Numbered from the stretch's first letter, positions 39,958 to 53,069 are shown. The stretch: DNA of 64,000 nucleotides from Eledone cirrhosa (GCA_964016885.1 OZ024745.1:78306001-78370000); one strand, 5' to 3'. A program made the numbers and translations. The notes: generated from the sequence alone by a model not told the origin.

Positions 39958-40132
39958 CTATCGGTAGAGGGTCGGACGCCATGCTTTGCAGCAAAGAGTT
40001 ACGGCCCTTTATAGTCTGAGTTCAAATCCCGCCAAGGTTAACTTTGCCCTTCATCCTTACGGGGTCGATAAAATAAAGTACCAGTAATGTACTGTGTGAT
40101 TGCTGGCCTTGTGCCAAAAGTAGAAACAATTA
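39958..40132 (+). mobile_element. SINE family A with TSD-like attatatattatgattc
   Basis: Direct repeats at ~39934-39950 and 40129-40145. Confidence 0.9.
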
Positions 40133-40349
40133 TATATTATGATTCAGCTTAATTGTTTATTGTATAGGCGGTCTGAAACAATCAGGAAATGTTACGTTTT
40201 TTTAATTGAATAGTCTGTTTTTGCATGCCAGTAAGTTGTGGTAGTGTCCGTGAGCGGAAATGATAAAAGATATTCGGTCACGTGATAATTATTGTTCTTC
40301 TGCTCTTATTATATTTGTTTTATGCAACGCAATAGATGAGGCTTTGGGG

Positions 40350-41000
40350 TTTGCTGTTATTTTGTTCATCTTTGCGACCACAGTCGAACATTCCTGACAA
40401 AATCTCTCCACAATTCACGATTTTCCATTGCTCCTGGTAACTGCTCCGTATTGAAGTTTGTATCGTCTGAGAGTTGATCGATGAAAGTTCAACCTGGCCT
40501 TCCAATACTGGGTTCCCACAATAGTAGCTTGTGTATAACTTGCTGCTTACTTCTCGAGCAATATCATACAAATCGTGACCACCTTTGAACCACTGTAGTT
40601 GTTATCATTGGCAAATTTCCGTATAATCTTTCATTTGTAATACGTTGACGCCAGTTTATGTTTTGTAACGACCCTAAGCATTTTAGTGTCTGCACCATCT
40701 AGTTTCTTCTCGGGTGCTTATGTCAGTGTCAACGTATCTGATCCCTACAACAACACTGACTCAACAGGTGTTCTTAAGAATATTTTGATTTTTCTGGGTA
40801 GATCTGACTTCCACATTCTTTCCACTTTCTTCATTATAGTCCACACTTTGTAAATTCTAATGGCAATGTCCGTTTTTGATGAACTCATCCAGCTGCTTTA
40901 ATATAGAAATTCAGTGTGACGAGTTTCCATCTTCTTGGTTTAGTGACTGAACTCTGTCTTGTAACATTCATGTCTATACCGATTCTCTAAATGTTATGTA
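40350..41000 (-). mobile_element. RTE-type LINE 3' fragment
   Basis: VESVLL.GSDTLTLT.APEKKLDGADTKMLR and GRPG.TFIDQLSDD...AMENRELWR motifs, with stops and frameshifts. Confidence 0.75.
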
Positions 41001-43029
41001 AACGCAGGTCAGTTCTAATTGAGCAGACACATGATACACAGTTTGATAATGGTAGTTAGAGCACATCTATAGTCATAGACATACCAGCCGTCTTTTATTC
41101 AAACATATCAATTTGTGGTATATCGTAAGGCATGTACTAAGTTCACGATCATATGATCGTGTTCAATTCCCGATACTTTATTTGCAGCTACTTTAGTTCA
41201 ATCAAATGGAAATAAATGAAAGCTGTATCTTTTCTCTTAAACAGCATCGGTGTTGTGGAGAGGAGAGACGTACGTGCATGGTCGGCTTCTGATCTTTCAC
41301 AAAACGCCCTGCCCAAGATTGTGCCACGGAAGGGCACATCCAAGGTCAGTCAGTCACGGGTGTAAAACCTATGTCCAGTCATGAGCGAAGAGGATCGTTT
41401 TCTTTTCTTTGTAAGAAAGTGATTCGAGAGGAATGGATGTATCCAATACTTATAACAAATTAAATGGAGGCTCACTCATTAACTCTAGCTCCCTCATTGT
41501 CTCGTGGCACATAGGTCAAACGATTATATGCATCCACAGATCCTTATTCCACATACACCTTGCTTCTGCATAACCATCATACCGTAGCTAATCGTATCAG
41601 GGCAATATAACACTGGACATATTGCTTTCTCTCTATTGTCAAACAATATTCACATTGTATCGCCATATTCAATATTACTTTGTTAAGATAACATTCCTCA
41701 AATCTACACCAGTAGCAGTACAATATGCTTTGTTCATGTATCTATACATTGGGATTACTAAAACAAGGTGACGACAAACTTTAAATCATGGTCACAGAAT
41801 AGTCATGCTGAAATAAAATTAAGGTTATAATCTGAATATCACTCTGTTGCAGCAAGGTGAAATATGTTTGAAGAATAATTAACATGTTATAAATATTTAA
41901 AACGTGTATGAAATGAGGTGAAAAAATGTAAAAGAAACATGTTGACTGTATTAAATGTAAGTGATTCAATATGTAAGTGATTGTATTAAATGTAAGTGAT
42001 TCAATATGTGTTACTGTGAGAAGTTGGTCGATGTTTGGTTGAAGTTTTGAAAGTTAATTTTGGTAAATTGGATTATAACCAAGAATAAACTGTTAACCAC
42101 TTAACAATTTAAGTCCTTGGCAAAATTTCATTCATAACCGCTCTATTTTGACATTGACGAGAAGTAAACAGAGAAAACGGAAAACATTTAAGTAAAAATA
42201 GAGTTATTTGTCAATCTGAGACTTGAAACACTGTTCAAATCTTCGAATGATTTATTTTAGAAAATTGTGTATGTTGCTTGATGACTGCGTAAATTGTAAT
42301 ATGAAATAGAGCGAATAGGCTAAAGATGTGTGTGAAGAGCAAGCTAGAGAGTAAATGAAGAGAGCTGTGACAGGCTTCTGTCTGCGTTGCTGGCCAAAAT
42401 TGGCCACACAGAGTTAGCAGTCGTTCGGTGATCCTCGTGGAGATTGGGCGAGAACGAAAAGAGGATTGCGGCTGTCTAGTTTGCCTTTAAATATCTTAAG
42501 ATGACATCATGGCAAATTGATATCAAAAATGGGGAATGTTAAATGCGATACGATAATACGCCGTAGTTTCGCACAACAAAATTCACCAAAGCATGATTTC
42601 GCTACATATTAGATATATTTTCGCATTCGTAAATGTTTCATAAATCTGCTGCATAATATTGCCTATTATGTCTGTATGTGTGACTATTTGAAGTCAACAT
42701 CGTTAGTTATAGAAATACTTGTCAATGATAGCGAACTTTTAAACGCTATATCGGGATCTATAGTTTCTCCTGATACATATATACACATATATTAGATAAA
42801 CCATTGAAAGTTAAGTTAATTTGCCATAGGCATAATAAAACACCAGTTAAACGAAACCAACCGTCGTCATCACCGGTAAGTTAACAATATAATGAGCAAT
42901 TAAAATCTACCGCATTTCAAATACATTAATTAACGAGATAATTGTTACAATTGACAAGCAACACTAAAACCGCCACTCTAATCACTATAAGATAAAAACA
43001 AATGCAATTAAATAAGGAGGTAGATCCCT

Positions 43030-43345
43030 CATCTTGGACGTCACATGTTGCGATACGTCTTCTGTTTCCAACTTAGTCGCTTCGGCCACAAACCCCGATA
43101 CTGCGGCCTGCAATGCAGAGGAAAGGGAGACAAACGAATACCGGGGATTGTCCGGCCGCTTCTTCTTCGTACCTGTCGCCGTCGAAACTTCAGGCGTGCT
43201 TGGACCACGTACTGTCGAACTCCTCCGCAAGATTTGAACCTCAGCAGCCCGTCTGAGGAAGGAACCTCGCGACGTGGGGTGTCTGTTGCAGCGGGTGTCG
43301 CTGGCCATTATCCACGGGAATGTTTTTGCAGTCTTGTTCGCGGAG
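43030..43345 (+). mobile_element. CRE-clade LINE RLE fragment
   Basis: DVTCCDT...AACNAEERETNEY...FFFVPVAVETSGVLGP. Confidence 0.85.
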
Positions 43346-43529
43346 CGCAGCCACAACACTGCCGCGCCCTAGGCCTAGAGCCCATCACCCTACCCCTTCC
43401 CCCTCCGATTCCTCTGTGACCCTAGAGCCCTTTCCTTTCCCTTCATTTTCTATTTTTTTTTATATATGTGGTGTTGTTGTTATTTGAAATAGATTTGTTT
43501 ATGATTTTTTTTTTTATTTCAGAAAAAAG

Positions 43530-44131
43530 TAATCTGAGCGGCGTTTCTCTGAGGCTCGGCCTCCGGATCTGCCAGCCACACCAATGTCGCTGCGATTCCA
43601 CCATGGACTCTTTTGGCCACCACCCGCTTTCCTGTCGCCACGGTGCCGGCCGTATTCCACGCCATGCTGCCCTCAACGAAGTCATTAAGTTAGATCCAGC
43701 TCGAGTCGGTGGGGATGGATCTAGGGGACGGCAAAGGGCCAGATGGCATGACCATCTTCCCGTTCCGCGGTGGTAAACCCCTCGTCTGGGATGCCACTTG
43801 CACCGACACTTTCTGCAGCCGCAACCTGGTGCAGTCTGCGACTGACCCAGGTTCTGCTGCACGTCGGGTTGAGGGGGCCAAACTCCTCAAATACCGGTCG
43901 CTCTCCGACAGGTTTGCGGTCATACCCCTGGCAGTGAAGACTTCTGGTGTCCTCGGCACCAGGGCTACCTCCTTACTCACCACCATAGACGCTGAGTTGG
44001 CCAGCCACAGGTGTGAACCCCGCGAGTTGGAGTGGATCTTCCAGCGCGTCTCCCTCGCCGTCCTCCGGGGAAACGCCTTCTCCATTCTGTCCGCCGGGGC
44101 TGTTGGTGGGCCCCATCGCGTACCGTTGTAG
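43530..44131 (+). mobile_element. CRE-clade LINE 3' end (Zn knuckle plus PD-D RLE)
   Basis: CRC...GHHPLSC...RHAALN then GKGPDGMT...LVWDATCTDT...KLLKY...QRVSLAVLRGNA. Confidence 0.9.
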
Positions 44132-44513
44132 TTGTTGTAGAGACCCTTCTAATTAAATACACATTCTGAATTATTGTACAGTTAATTGCACTTATTAACA
44201 AAACTCCAGGAAGTAAAGATCGTTGGAAATTGAAAAGAAAAAAAAGAAAAATTATGAAGTGCTTTCTTTTTATACCAACGCATTGTTAAAATGTAAATTG
44301 ATTACCTACCCTGCCCCATTTATGCATGTTTGAGTTGTATAACATCTATTTATGGTTTGTGTTAAATATGATGATTGATGAGGAACTAGAAGAAATGCTA
44401 GATGCTTGATTAAATTCCAAAATAGCATTTGGTTTCAGACTTCTAGCTTCGGATCCATAGGATTCAATTTTACCTTTCTATCTTTCCTAAGTCGATAGAA
44501 TAAACGCTAGTAA

Positions 44514-44709
44514 CAGACCTGCCATCCTCTAAAAACCCAAACGGGGTGTACCATGAAAAAAAAGTGCCCCCAAACGGGGAGAAATTGGGAAAAATGGAGA
44601 GATTTTACATAATGAAAGCTATACCCATTTTCACAAGAGAAGACATCTCTCGCCCACCCCAAAGTGCGTAGGAGATCTTCCCGTGGGACGGGGAGAGTTG
44701 ACAGGTCTG
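44514..44709. mobile_element. MITE with CAGACCTG.CA terminal inverted repeats and a 6-bp TSD (TAGTAA)
   Basis: Left end cagacctgccatc, right end gttgacaggtctg; tagtaa at 44508-44513 and 44710-44715. Confidence 0.75.
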
Positions 44710-45176
44710 TAGTAATATTGTCAACTGCTGTTGAAATTGCGTCAATGCGAGAATTCGTATTCTATGTATATACGTCTGTAATTTAAACATACATTCATGT
44801 CATGCAAGTACTAATTAAGACAGTAGTATCTACCTTAAAACAACAGCGCGTCGAACTAAATAGATTAAATATATTGCTGGCTTTAGATTCTTATCTCTAG
44901 CTAGATCACATTTTATAAATTCTGCTGGAGTCGACACTTACTTTCTCTCTTTGTAAGTAAGATTGATAATGAAAGTACCAGTAACATTTCGAGGTCAATA
45001 AACTGACGATATACATCTCCAATAAAATATAACTTTAAGAAGCAAATTTGGGGGAAAATATATAAGAGAAAAATAAAAATATATTGAAGAAATTCAATTT
45101 TGTTTATTTTAATTCAGATTGTAATGAAGTTTTTATACGTTTTTTGCTTTTGTATATTTGAATGTCGGTAAAGAAA

Positions 45177-45260
<84 letters not shown>

Positions 45261-45574
45261 GAGAGGGAGAGAGAGAGAATGTAGGAAGAGATAGACAGAA
45301 GTTGAAGAAAAGAGAAGGGGAGTGTAAAGAGAAATAAATTGCCTGTTAGAAATGAAAACAACTATCCCCATCTTATCAATGAAAACAGACATTTGGAGTA
45401 GGTTAATAATAACAAGAGTGACAGACATGACATTAACCAGGTGTTATACATAGATACCTGGAGACAGAGTGGCACTAGACTATCAAAATTCCTGGAGCAG
45501 GAGATTGTCTGCAAATTATATCAAAACATGCGACAATAAAACTAAATCCTCATTATATAAATACATACGCCTGC

Positions 45575-45754
45575 ATATATATGTATATATATATATATAG
45601 ATATATATATATAGATATACATATATATATACATATATATATACATATATATACATAAATATATACATATATATACATAAATATATATACATATATATAC
45701 ATAAATATACATATATATATACATACATATATATACATAAATATACATATATAT

Positions 45755-45825
<71 letters not shown>

Positions 45826-46110
45826 GGCGTATGTATTTATATAATGAGGATTTGGTTTTATTGTCGTATATATATATATGTATATATATACATACATACA
45901 TATATATACATATATATATATACATACATATATATATATATATATATACATACATATATATATACCCATATATATATACATACATATATATATATACATA
46001 TATATATACATACATATATACATACATACATTATATGTACATACATACATTACAACATACATACATACATACATACATACATACATACATACATACATAC
46101 ATACATACAT

Positions 46111-46165
<55 letters not shown>
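45575..46165. repeat. (TA)n/(TACA)n compound microsatellite
   Basis: Directly visible. Confidence 0.95.
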
Positions 46166-46166
<1 letters not shown>

Positions 46167-47863
46167 GTGTGACGAATATTCGCCAACCAAATTCCACTCG
46201 TAGTAGAAAAGTCTTACACAAAGTACTACAGAGGGTGACTGAACCTGCAGCAATCGCGCATATTTCTATATAAATACGCATATCTGATGTTAATAAATGC
46301 CTATATGCGCTATACATTAGCATAGTCAGTTTTATTATATATCAATGCAGTTTATTTGAACTTCATTTTCAATGCTCTAATACAAACAGGATTTCTGTAA
46401 CAAGACACTCTTGATATCAGCAACGACATAGGTGCTGTGGGGTCGTTTATGTATATTTTATTTTTATCATTGCTTTCCTCACACCACTTCCATTCATTCC
46501 TTCCTCTAATCATTCCTGCTATCATGTACACAACCCATCCTTGCTGAATCTTTCTACTGGTCAGATGCCTGCTGTCACAAACCGATAGAACATATCTTCA
46601 CAGACATCAAAACTGCTTCGTGGATATTTCAATATGAAGTCAAGCTGATTATTTACATCCTGGTGACTGTTCAACTAACTCTCTGATTTCGTATTAGTTA
46701 TTATATCATAAACAGCTAGCATCAATGAGTTTTTATCAAGAATCTTTCATTAACTAGTTTGTTGATTCAATTCTAATTTTCAATACTGTTATGGATCCAA
46801 ATCATAATGATGCTCTATTCTAAATTTGATTTAGGAACATATACAAAACAGGAAATATAAACATATAATTGCACTCAGCTCTGAAATTCTTTGGCTTTTA
46901 CCGTTCTTGAAACAGCTGTGCGAGTCTTAAAAGGTGAGCCTCTTTAAACTGAAACACGTGGAGGAAATACGTGACAGCTTATGAAATTCTTCGATATGAT
47001 TACCAAAGTTTATAAATGGAGTAGAAAACATGAGGCACCGGAAGACGAAATCACAACAGAGAAAATACATAATTTAACGTAAAAACGAAACCAACGAATC
47101 ATAAGCCAGTCTTTATTGAACATTAAATAGATGACAGGTGATAAGTTTGAGGGGGATATTGATTTGGGTAAGGCTGAGAGAAAATCAAATGAAATAATTG
47201 TCGTTAAAAAGATTACAAAAGATATATCGTTAATATGCAGACAAGTAAAATGGATAAAGACGACGTGCATGTTCTCCGTTTATGATTATATACGCTATGA
47301 CTTTTTTCTCCTTAACATATATCTGTCGATCTGAATTTAGAATATATATTTGAAGTACCTAACAATGCAGCTCAACTACAAAATTAATCACATGGTCCAG
47401 ATTTCTGAATTATCTTCAACGTATATACCATAGGAGTATTAAATAACTTTAATTTATTGATTATCTACCAGCTGAAATCTTAATTTTATATCAGTGGATT
47501 TCAGCATTAAAGAGACTCTTGCAGTCCAATTATGTTCGCCTCTGTGATCAGCTCAATTTTAACTCAGCGATCGTTGTTGCTATTACTGTGTATAGTGATG
47601 TTTTTCATTGCCTGTATAGACGCCCAAATACAATTCTATCGACCGGGGTAAGTATATTTTTTATTGGCAGCATGATCTCCCAAAGTATAACAATATATTT
47701 TTTTTTAATTATCTCTAATTATTTGATTATTGATTGTTAACTTAATTGTAAAGGTAAGTGCCGTTAAACAACGATTATCTTGCTGAGTAAACCGAGTTGT
47801 ATAAGTAACACAATTTCATTTCTTTCCTCATCAAATTTCTAGACTTTAGAAATTATTATTACT

Positions 47864-48033
47864 TTATATACATTGGATGGATAGGTGTCCTCATCTTGTT
47901 TTGCTGTTAACACAACGTTTCGGCTGATGTACCCTCCAGCCTTCATCAGGATGAAGGCTGGAGGGTACATCAGCCGAAACGTTGTGTTATCAACAAAACA
48001 AGATGAGGACACCTATCCGTCCAATGTATATAA
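47864..48033. repeat. ~170-bp near-perfect palindrome containing a Penelope-type hammerhead core
   Basis: Arms are reverse complements around 47948; the minus strand of the left arm reads CTGATGA-AGGCTG gagggtacat CAGCC-GAAAC-GTT. Confidence 0.8.
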
Positions 48034-48167
48034 TGTAAATAATTCCTCGTCTCAAAAATATAGAACAGTAGTATTATTACTGTTGTTGCTATTGTTGTTG
48101 TTACTGTTGTTGGTGATTATGGTGATCTGGGGGTGGTTCATGGTTGCAATCATGAATGCTGTTTATG

Positions 48168-48345
48168 TTGGCAATATCGGTAGAGCGTCGAACACCCTGC
48201 TCTTTACGTACAAATCCCGCCAAGGTTAGCTTTGCCTTTCACCCTTAAGGGCTCATAAAATAAAGTACCAGTAACGGACTGGGGTCGATTTAATTGACTT
48301 TCCCTCTCCCCCAAATTGCTGGCCTTGTGCCTATAGTAGAAATCA
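48168..48345 (+). mobile_element. SINE family A, long variant, diverged
   Basis: Core and 3' motifs present. Confidence 0.8.
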
Positions 48346-48954
48346 TTATCAACGAAACTAGGCACCCTTTTGATTCTTAGATTATATTCGTATTCGTTTA
48401 CTGTTTTCAGCAAATGAAGCGTAGTCATCTATGTTTTAGTCATTGAACAGTGGTGCCACCATCTCGTGTATAATTGATTATATAGAATCCAGTATTTAAT
48501 TCAACAACCAGTACTTGATTTCGGAGGGATGAAAGACAAAATTAACTTGGGTGGAATTTGAACTCAGAACGGAGAGTAACCCTGTTCAATTATCTACCAA
48601 TTTTCCTACCCAATTCTATATAATCACATTACATTCTATCCTTGTGGAAGCCAATTACACTTCAATCTGCTTAACAGGGATGGCATTTTTTTATATTCAT
48701 TGTTTATTCTTAATGAAAACAATTTCACTTACTGTAAAGAATTTATGAACACCACAACTTTCTCTACCTTCTATAACTAACAGCCAAATCTTCCTCAAAT
48801 CCCACTCTACCATCTGAAATAAAGAAAGACCATTCTAGATAATGTATAATTACATATCTTTAAAATGACGAGTTGTTCAAAACTACATAAAATACATTTG
48901 ATGACAGGTCTGTTCGAATAGAGTTGATCTGCTGTTAAAGATCAACATTATTGG

Positions 48955-49328
48955 AGGATTGGCAGTATCGGTAGAGGGTCGGACGCCATGCTTTGACGCA
49001 TAGAGTTACGGTCCTTGCCATTCTGAGTTCAAATCCCGCCGAGGTTAACTTTGCCTTTCATCCTTTCGGGGTCGATAAAATAAAGTACCAGTAATACACT
49101 GGGTAATTGCTGGCCTTGTGCCAAATGTAGAAACAATTATGATGATTGGCAGTATCAGTAGAGGGTCGGACGCCATGCTTTGCAGCAAAGAGTTACGGCC
49201 CTTTATGGTCTGAGTTCAAATCCCGCCGTGGTTAACTTTGCCTTTCATCCTTACGGGGTCGATAAAATAAAGTATCAGTAATACACTGGGATAATTGCTG
49301 GCCTTGTGCCAAAAAATAGAAACAATTA
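48955..49328 (+). mobile_element. Head-to-tail dimer of SINE family A
   Basis: Copies at 48955-49140 and 49144-49328. Confidence 0.9.
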
Positions 49329-51834
49329 TGATAAAACAGCATACTCAATATCATCCCTTTGTGGCCTATAATTCTTAGAGATTTGTTTTAGAAGATCATG
49401 TGATTTAATGTTATATAGGACAAATACACATTATTTTATCTTCTCACTCGTGTATGATAAATCTCTTCAATATTTACATTGATTATCCATCTAAAACCCT
49501 GACTTTTGCATACTGCCTATATATTCTCACCAATGAAACAGTGGTTTATCTCACCAATGGCAGTGAAGCACTCTCTCGCAATCGCTTTACATCTGGGTAA
49601 CCGTCAGACATCATCGACAATCATTACTATATGAGTGACAGTGAGATTGAACTTTTACTCATGAATGACTATAATTCGCCAACTAGAAATGTTTAACAAT
49701 AGCATCCGACAAGTGTCGCAGTGGTATAAGGAAAAGCGGTAATCATGCAAAAAACTCTTCACAAATAAGTTACTGTGAGTCAATCTCTGCAATCTTTATG
49801 TTCTGTCATACCTTTAAGAAAACTCAAACAGGGGTTTATAACTTTAACAAAACTTGTTATATTTGCTCGGAGCCTACCCATTCGATCAACTTAACGTTTT
49901 TGCTGACACTTTTCCAATAAAACCTTTACTGTATTTAAAAGGGGGAGTGTATGTCTTAAATTCTTGGTCATAAGAAATGTTGCTCCACAATAATTTACTA
50001 GGCTACTTGTTTAACTGTGGCCTCGCAAACAGAGCTGACCGGAACTTCTTAAAAACAAACAAATAGTTGCAATAAAATGTCTCTATGTCTCCCGTTGCCT
50101 TAAATTAATGCACTTGTGAATTTGCTTTCTATCTGTAACTCAGTAATAGCACGCTTTAACATGGTTTAGCATAAAATATCTAAAAATGGGTTTGTTAATT
50201 GAAATGTATATAGTATCTTTATTTCTGGACAAAGCATTGTAATGTTAGAGTAAGGACTTTTATTTTTAATATGACGCAGTCAAGGTTCTGTTTTATATTG
50301 TTTCAAGAATATATTTGATAATGCTGTCTTAAGCGGTACAGGCCGTTAAAAATTAAGAATCCAATAAATATATTACATACGTAACTGTGGCAGATAGTCA
50401 ATCAACCTGTGTGTTTCAATAACCAACCGATCAGGTTTCAATTTGTAAAGTTACAATTAAGGAGTTAACAGAAAATTCTTCAGCTTAACGCTCAATATAT
50501 CGGACACAAATAACAAGTGTACATACAATGCATACAAACGGTATGTATATAACATAAGGACGCGGGCATGGCCAAGGGGTTACGAAATTCGCTTCGCAAT
50601 CATGAGAACCATGTTATATAGGTTTAGAATATTATGGATAATATATTAGAAACATTAGTCTTTCAGTCGTCGATACCCACCTCACTCGTACCGTTTGAAT
50701 TATGTATCCCAACATTCAACTATGTATTAATTATTTCAATGACCACAGATAAGTTGTTTTGTGTGCTTTGTTATTTCCTCATCACTATGAACATTATATT
50801 TTAATTAGCTCTTAATTGTATGGTGTCATTTCGTGAAATGGGTCAGATCTAATACAAAATTTCCATGCTGCAATTAAAATAAGCATCTTAAGACATTTAC
50901 AGAATAGTAAAATCGTTATGAAATTAGGGAGACAGAAACGGATTTATTTTCAAAACCAACAAAGTTGGCCTCAATAAGCATGACCATTTAGCAAATGCTG
51001 CTACATCTTGAATTTTAAGGCAACAAGGGTAGGGGCTATGATCCCGACTGCGACGCCAAGCTGAAACAGCTTCGTGTCGCGATTGGGATTATACCTATCT
51101 CTGTACCCACTCTACATCTCCTCAGGCATTGAGTACTCCCATGATTTGTGGTTCCTTTGTCTTAGCACCACAGACTCTCTATAGGTATATGTGTGCGTGT
51201 GCAGCGAATTTACGCAGCGAGATTTGAACTATTGTCCCCACCCCCGGTTGGCGAAATAAATCATGCGGCCACAAATACTAACATCTGACCTCAGGAAATA
51301 GGAATAGATAAGTGATTTTCTTTGTTCTGTTCCTGTCGTGATTTACCTCCTTTGTTATGGGGACTCATGTCACCAAACTCTCTGGAATAATACACTTTTC
51401 TGGAGGTCATCTGCTTAATCAACAACAAGAGAATTCTCATAAATAATCTGCTCTGGGCTGTCCAGTGCTCAGTCCGTTTATCTTTGCAACATAGACCAGA
51501 ACTATGGGGTTGCCAACAGATACTCACATCAGCCTTTTCGGCCAGCGAGCCGAGATAGTCATACTCCCGTTCGATTCCAACAAAGGTTAGTTCTATGCAA
51601 CTTTTCAGACTACTACAGCATTCACGTCAAACCAATAATACACAATTTAGCTGTTACTCTTTATTGTTTTCTCTGTGTTATAATAACTTCGACGTAAGTT
51701 ATTTTATGAAGAATGACATGATGCTGAATGAAAATAAAAGTAATATATATAAACATACACATACCGACCATAATTAAATATGGAATGATACGCGATGCTC
51801 CCCCCCCCCCTTATAGCCCCCCCCCCCCCCCCCC

Positions 51835-52108
51835 CGGCGGTCAGAATGGAGAAGGCGTTTCTCCGGAGGACGGCAAGGGAGACGCGATGGAAAAGCCACT
51901 TCAACTCGCGGGGCTCACACCTGCGGCTGGCTAGCTCAGCGCCTATGGTGGTGAGTAGGGAGGTAGCCCTGGGGCCGAGGATACCAGAAGTCTTCACTGC
52001 TAGGGGTAGGTACAACCGCAAACCTGTCGGAGAGCGACCAGTATTTGAGGAGTTTACCCTCCTCAGCCCGACGTGCAGCAGAACCCGGGTTAATCGCAGA
52101 CTGCACCA
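51835..52108 (-). mobile_element. CRE-clade LINE 3' fragment
   Basis: Highly similar reverse complement of 43826-44098. Confidence 0.85.
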
Positions 52109-52369
52109 GTAGCGGCATTTGTTATTGCTCGTTGAATATTGCTATGATAATTTTACTTTCAACTATTACCTTTGGTCACCACACATCTCGACTGACTAAA
52201 ACGCAGACACAAAATTATTATATTTTTATATTAACTTATCTCTGTCTATCTTTTTTTGTTTCTCGACTGTAAGGAGTATTAGATACTTTCCCTAGTATGT
52301 CATGGCTTGCTAGCTTTATACGGACATTTAGATTGATTCAATAAATAAATAGATAATACTTATATTTAC

Positions 52370-52420
<51 letters not shown>

Positions 52421-52422
<2 letters not shown>

Positions 52423-53069
52423 CATACGTCAAGACGGGCGATCTCAAAAGTGAAACTAATTTTACGATTGTGAATTTGTTTGTTTTTTTTACAACAGGTC
52501 AGTGAAAGTATAATGCAGACACACGCAATTCTATGGATTTCTTAATATATATATATGTGTGGGTGTGTATATGTGTGTGTGTATGTATATATATATATAT
52601 GTGTGTGTTTGTATATATATATGTGTTTGTGTCATCATCATCGTTTAACGTCTATCTTCCACGCAAGCATGGGTTAAGACTTATATATATGTTTGTGTGT
52701 ATATATGTGTTTGTGTGTATATATATGTGTGTTTGTGTGTGTATATATGTGGCCACATACACATATATATATATATACAGACACATATATATATACACAC
52801 AAACATATATATACGTCTAAACCCATGCTTGCGTGGAAGATAGACGTTAAACGATGATGATGACACAAACACATATATATATATACAAACACACATATAT
52901 ATATACATACACACACACATATACACACCCACACATATATATATATTAAGAAATCCATAGAATTGCGTGTGTCTGCATTATACTTTCACTGACCTGTTGT
53001 AAAAAAACAAACAAATTCACAATCGTAAAATGAGTTTCACTTTTGAGGCCGCCCGTCTTGACGTATGCC
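52421..53069. repeat. ~650-bp fold-back inverted duplication
   Basis: Arms ggcatacgtcaagacgggc... and ...gcccgtcttgacgtatgcc, centred on gtggccac at 52749-52756. Confidence 0.9.

Noticed and set aside
42240-42700. Possible promoter (CpG-containing unique DNA)
   Set aside because: No diagnostic motif or linked exon can be established from sequence alone
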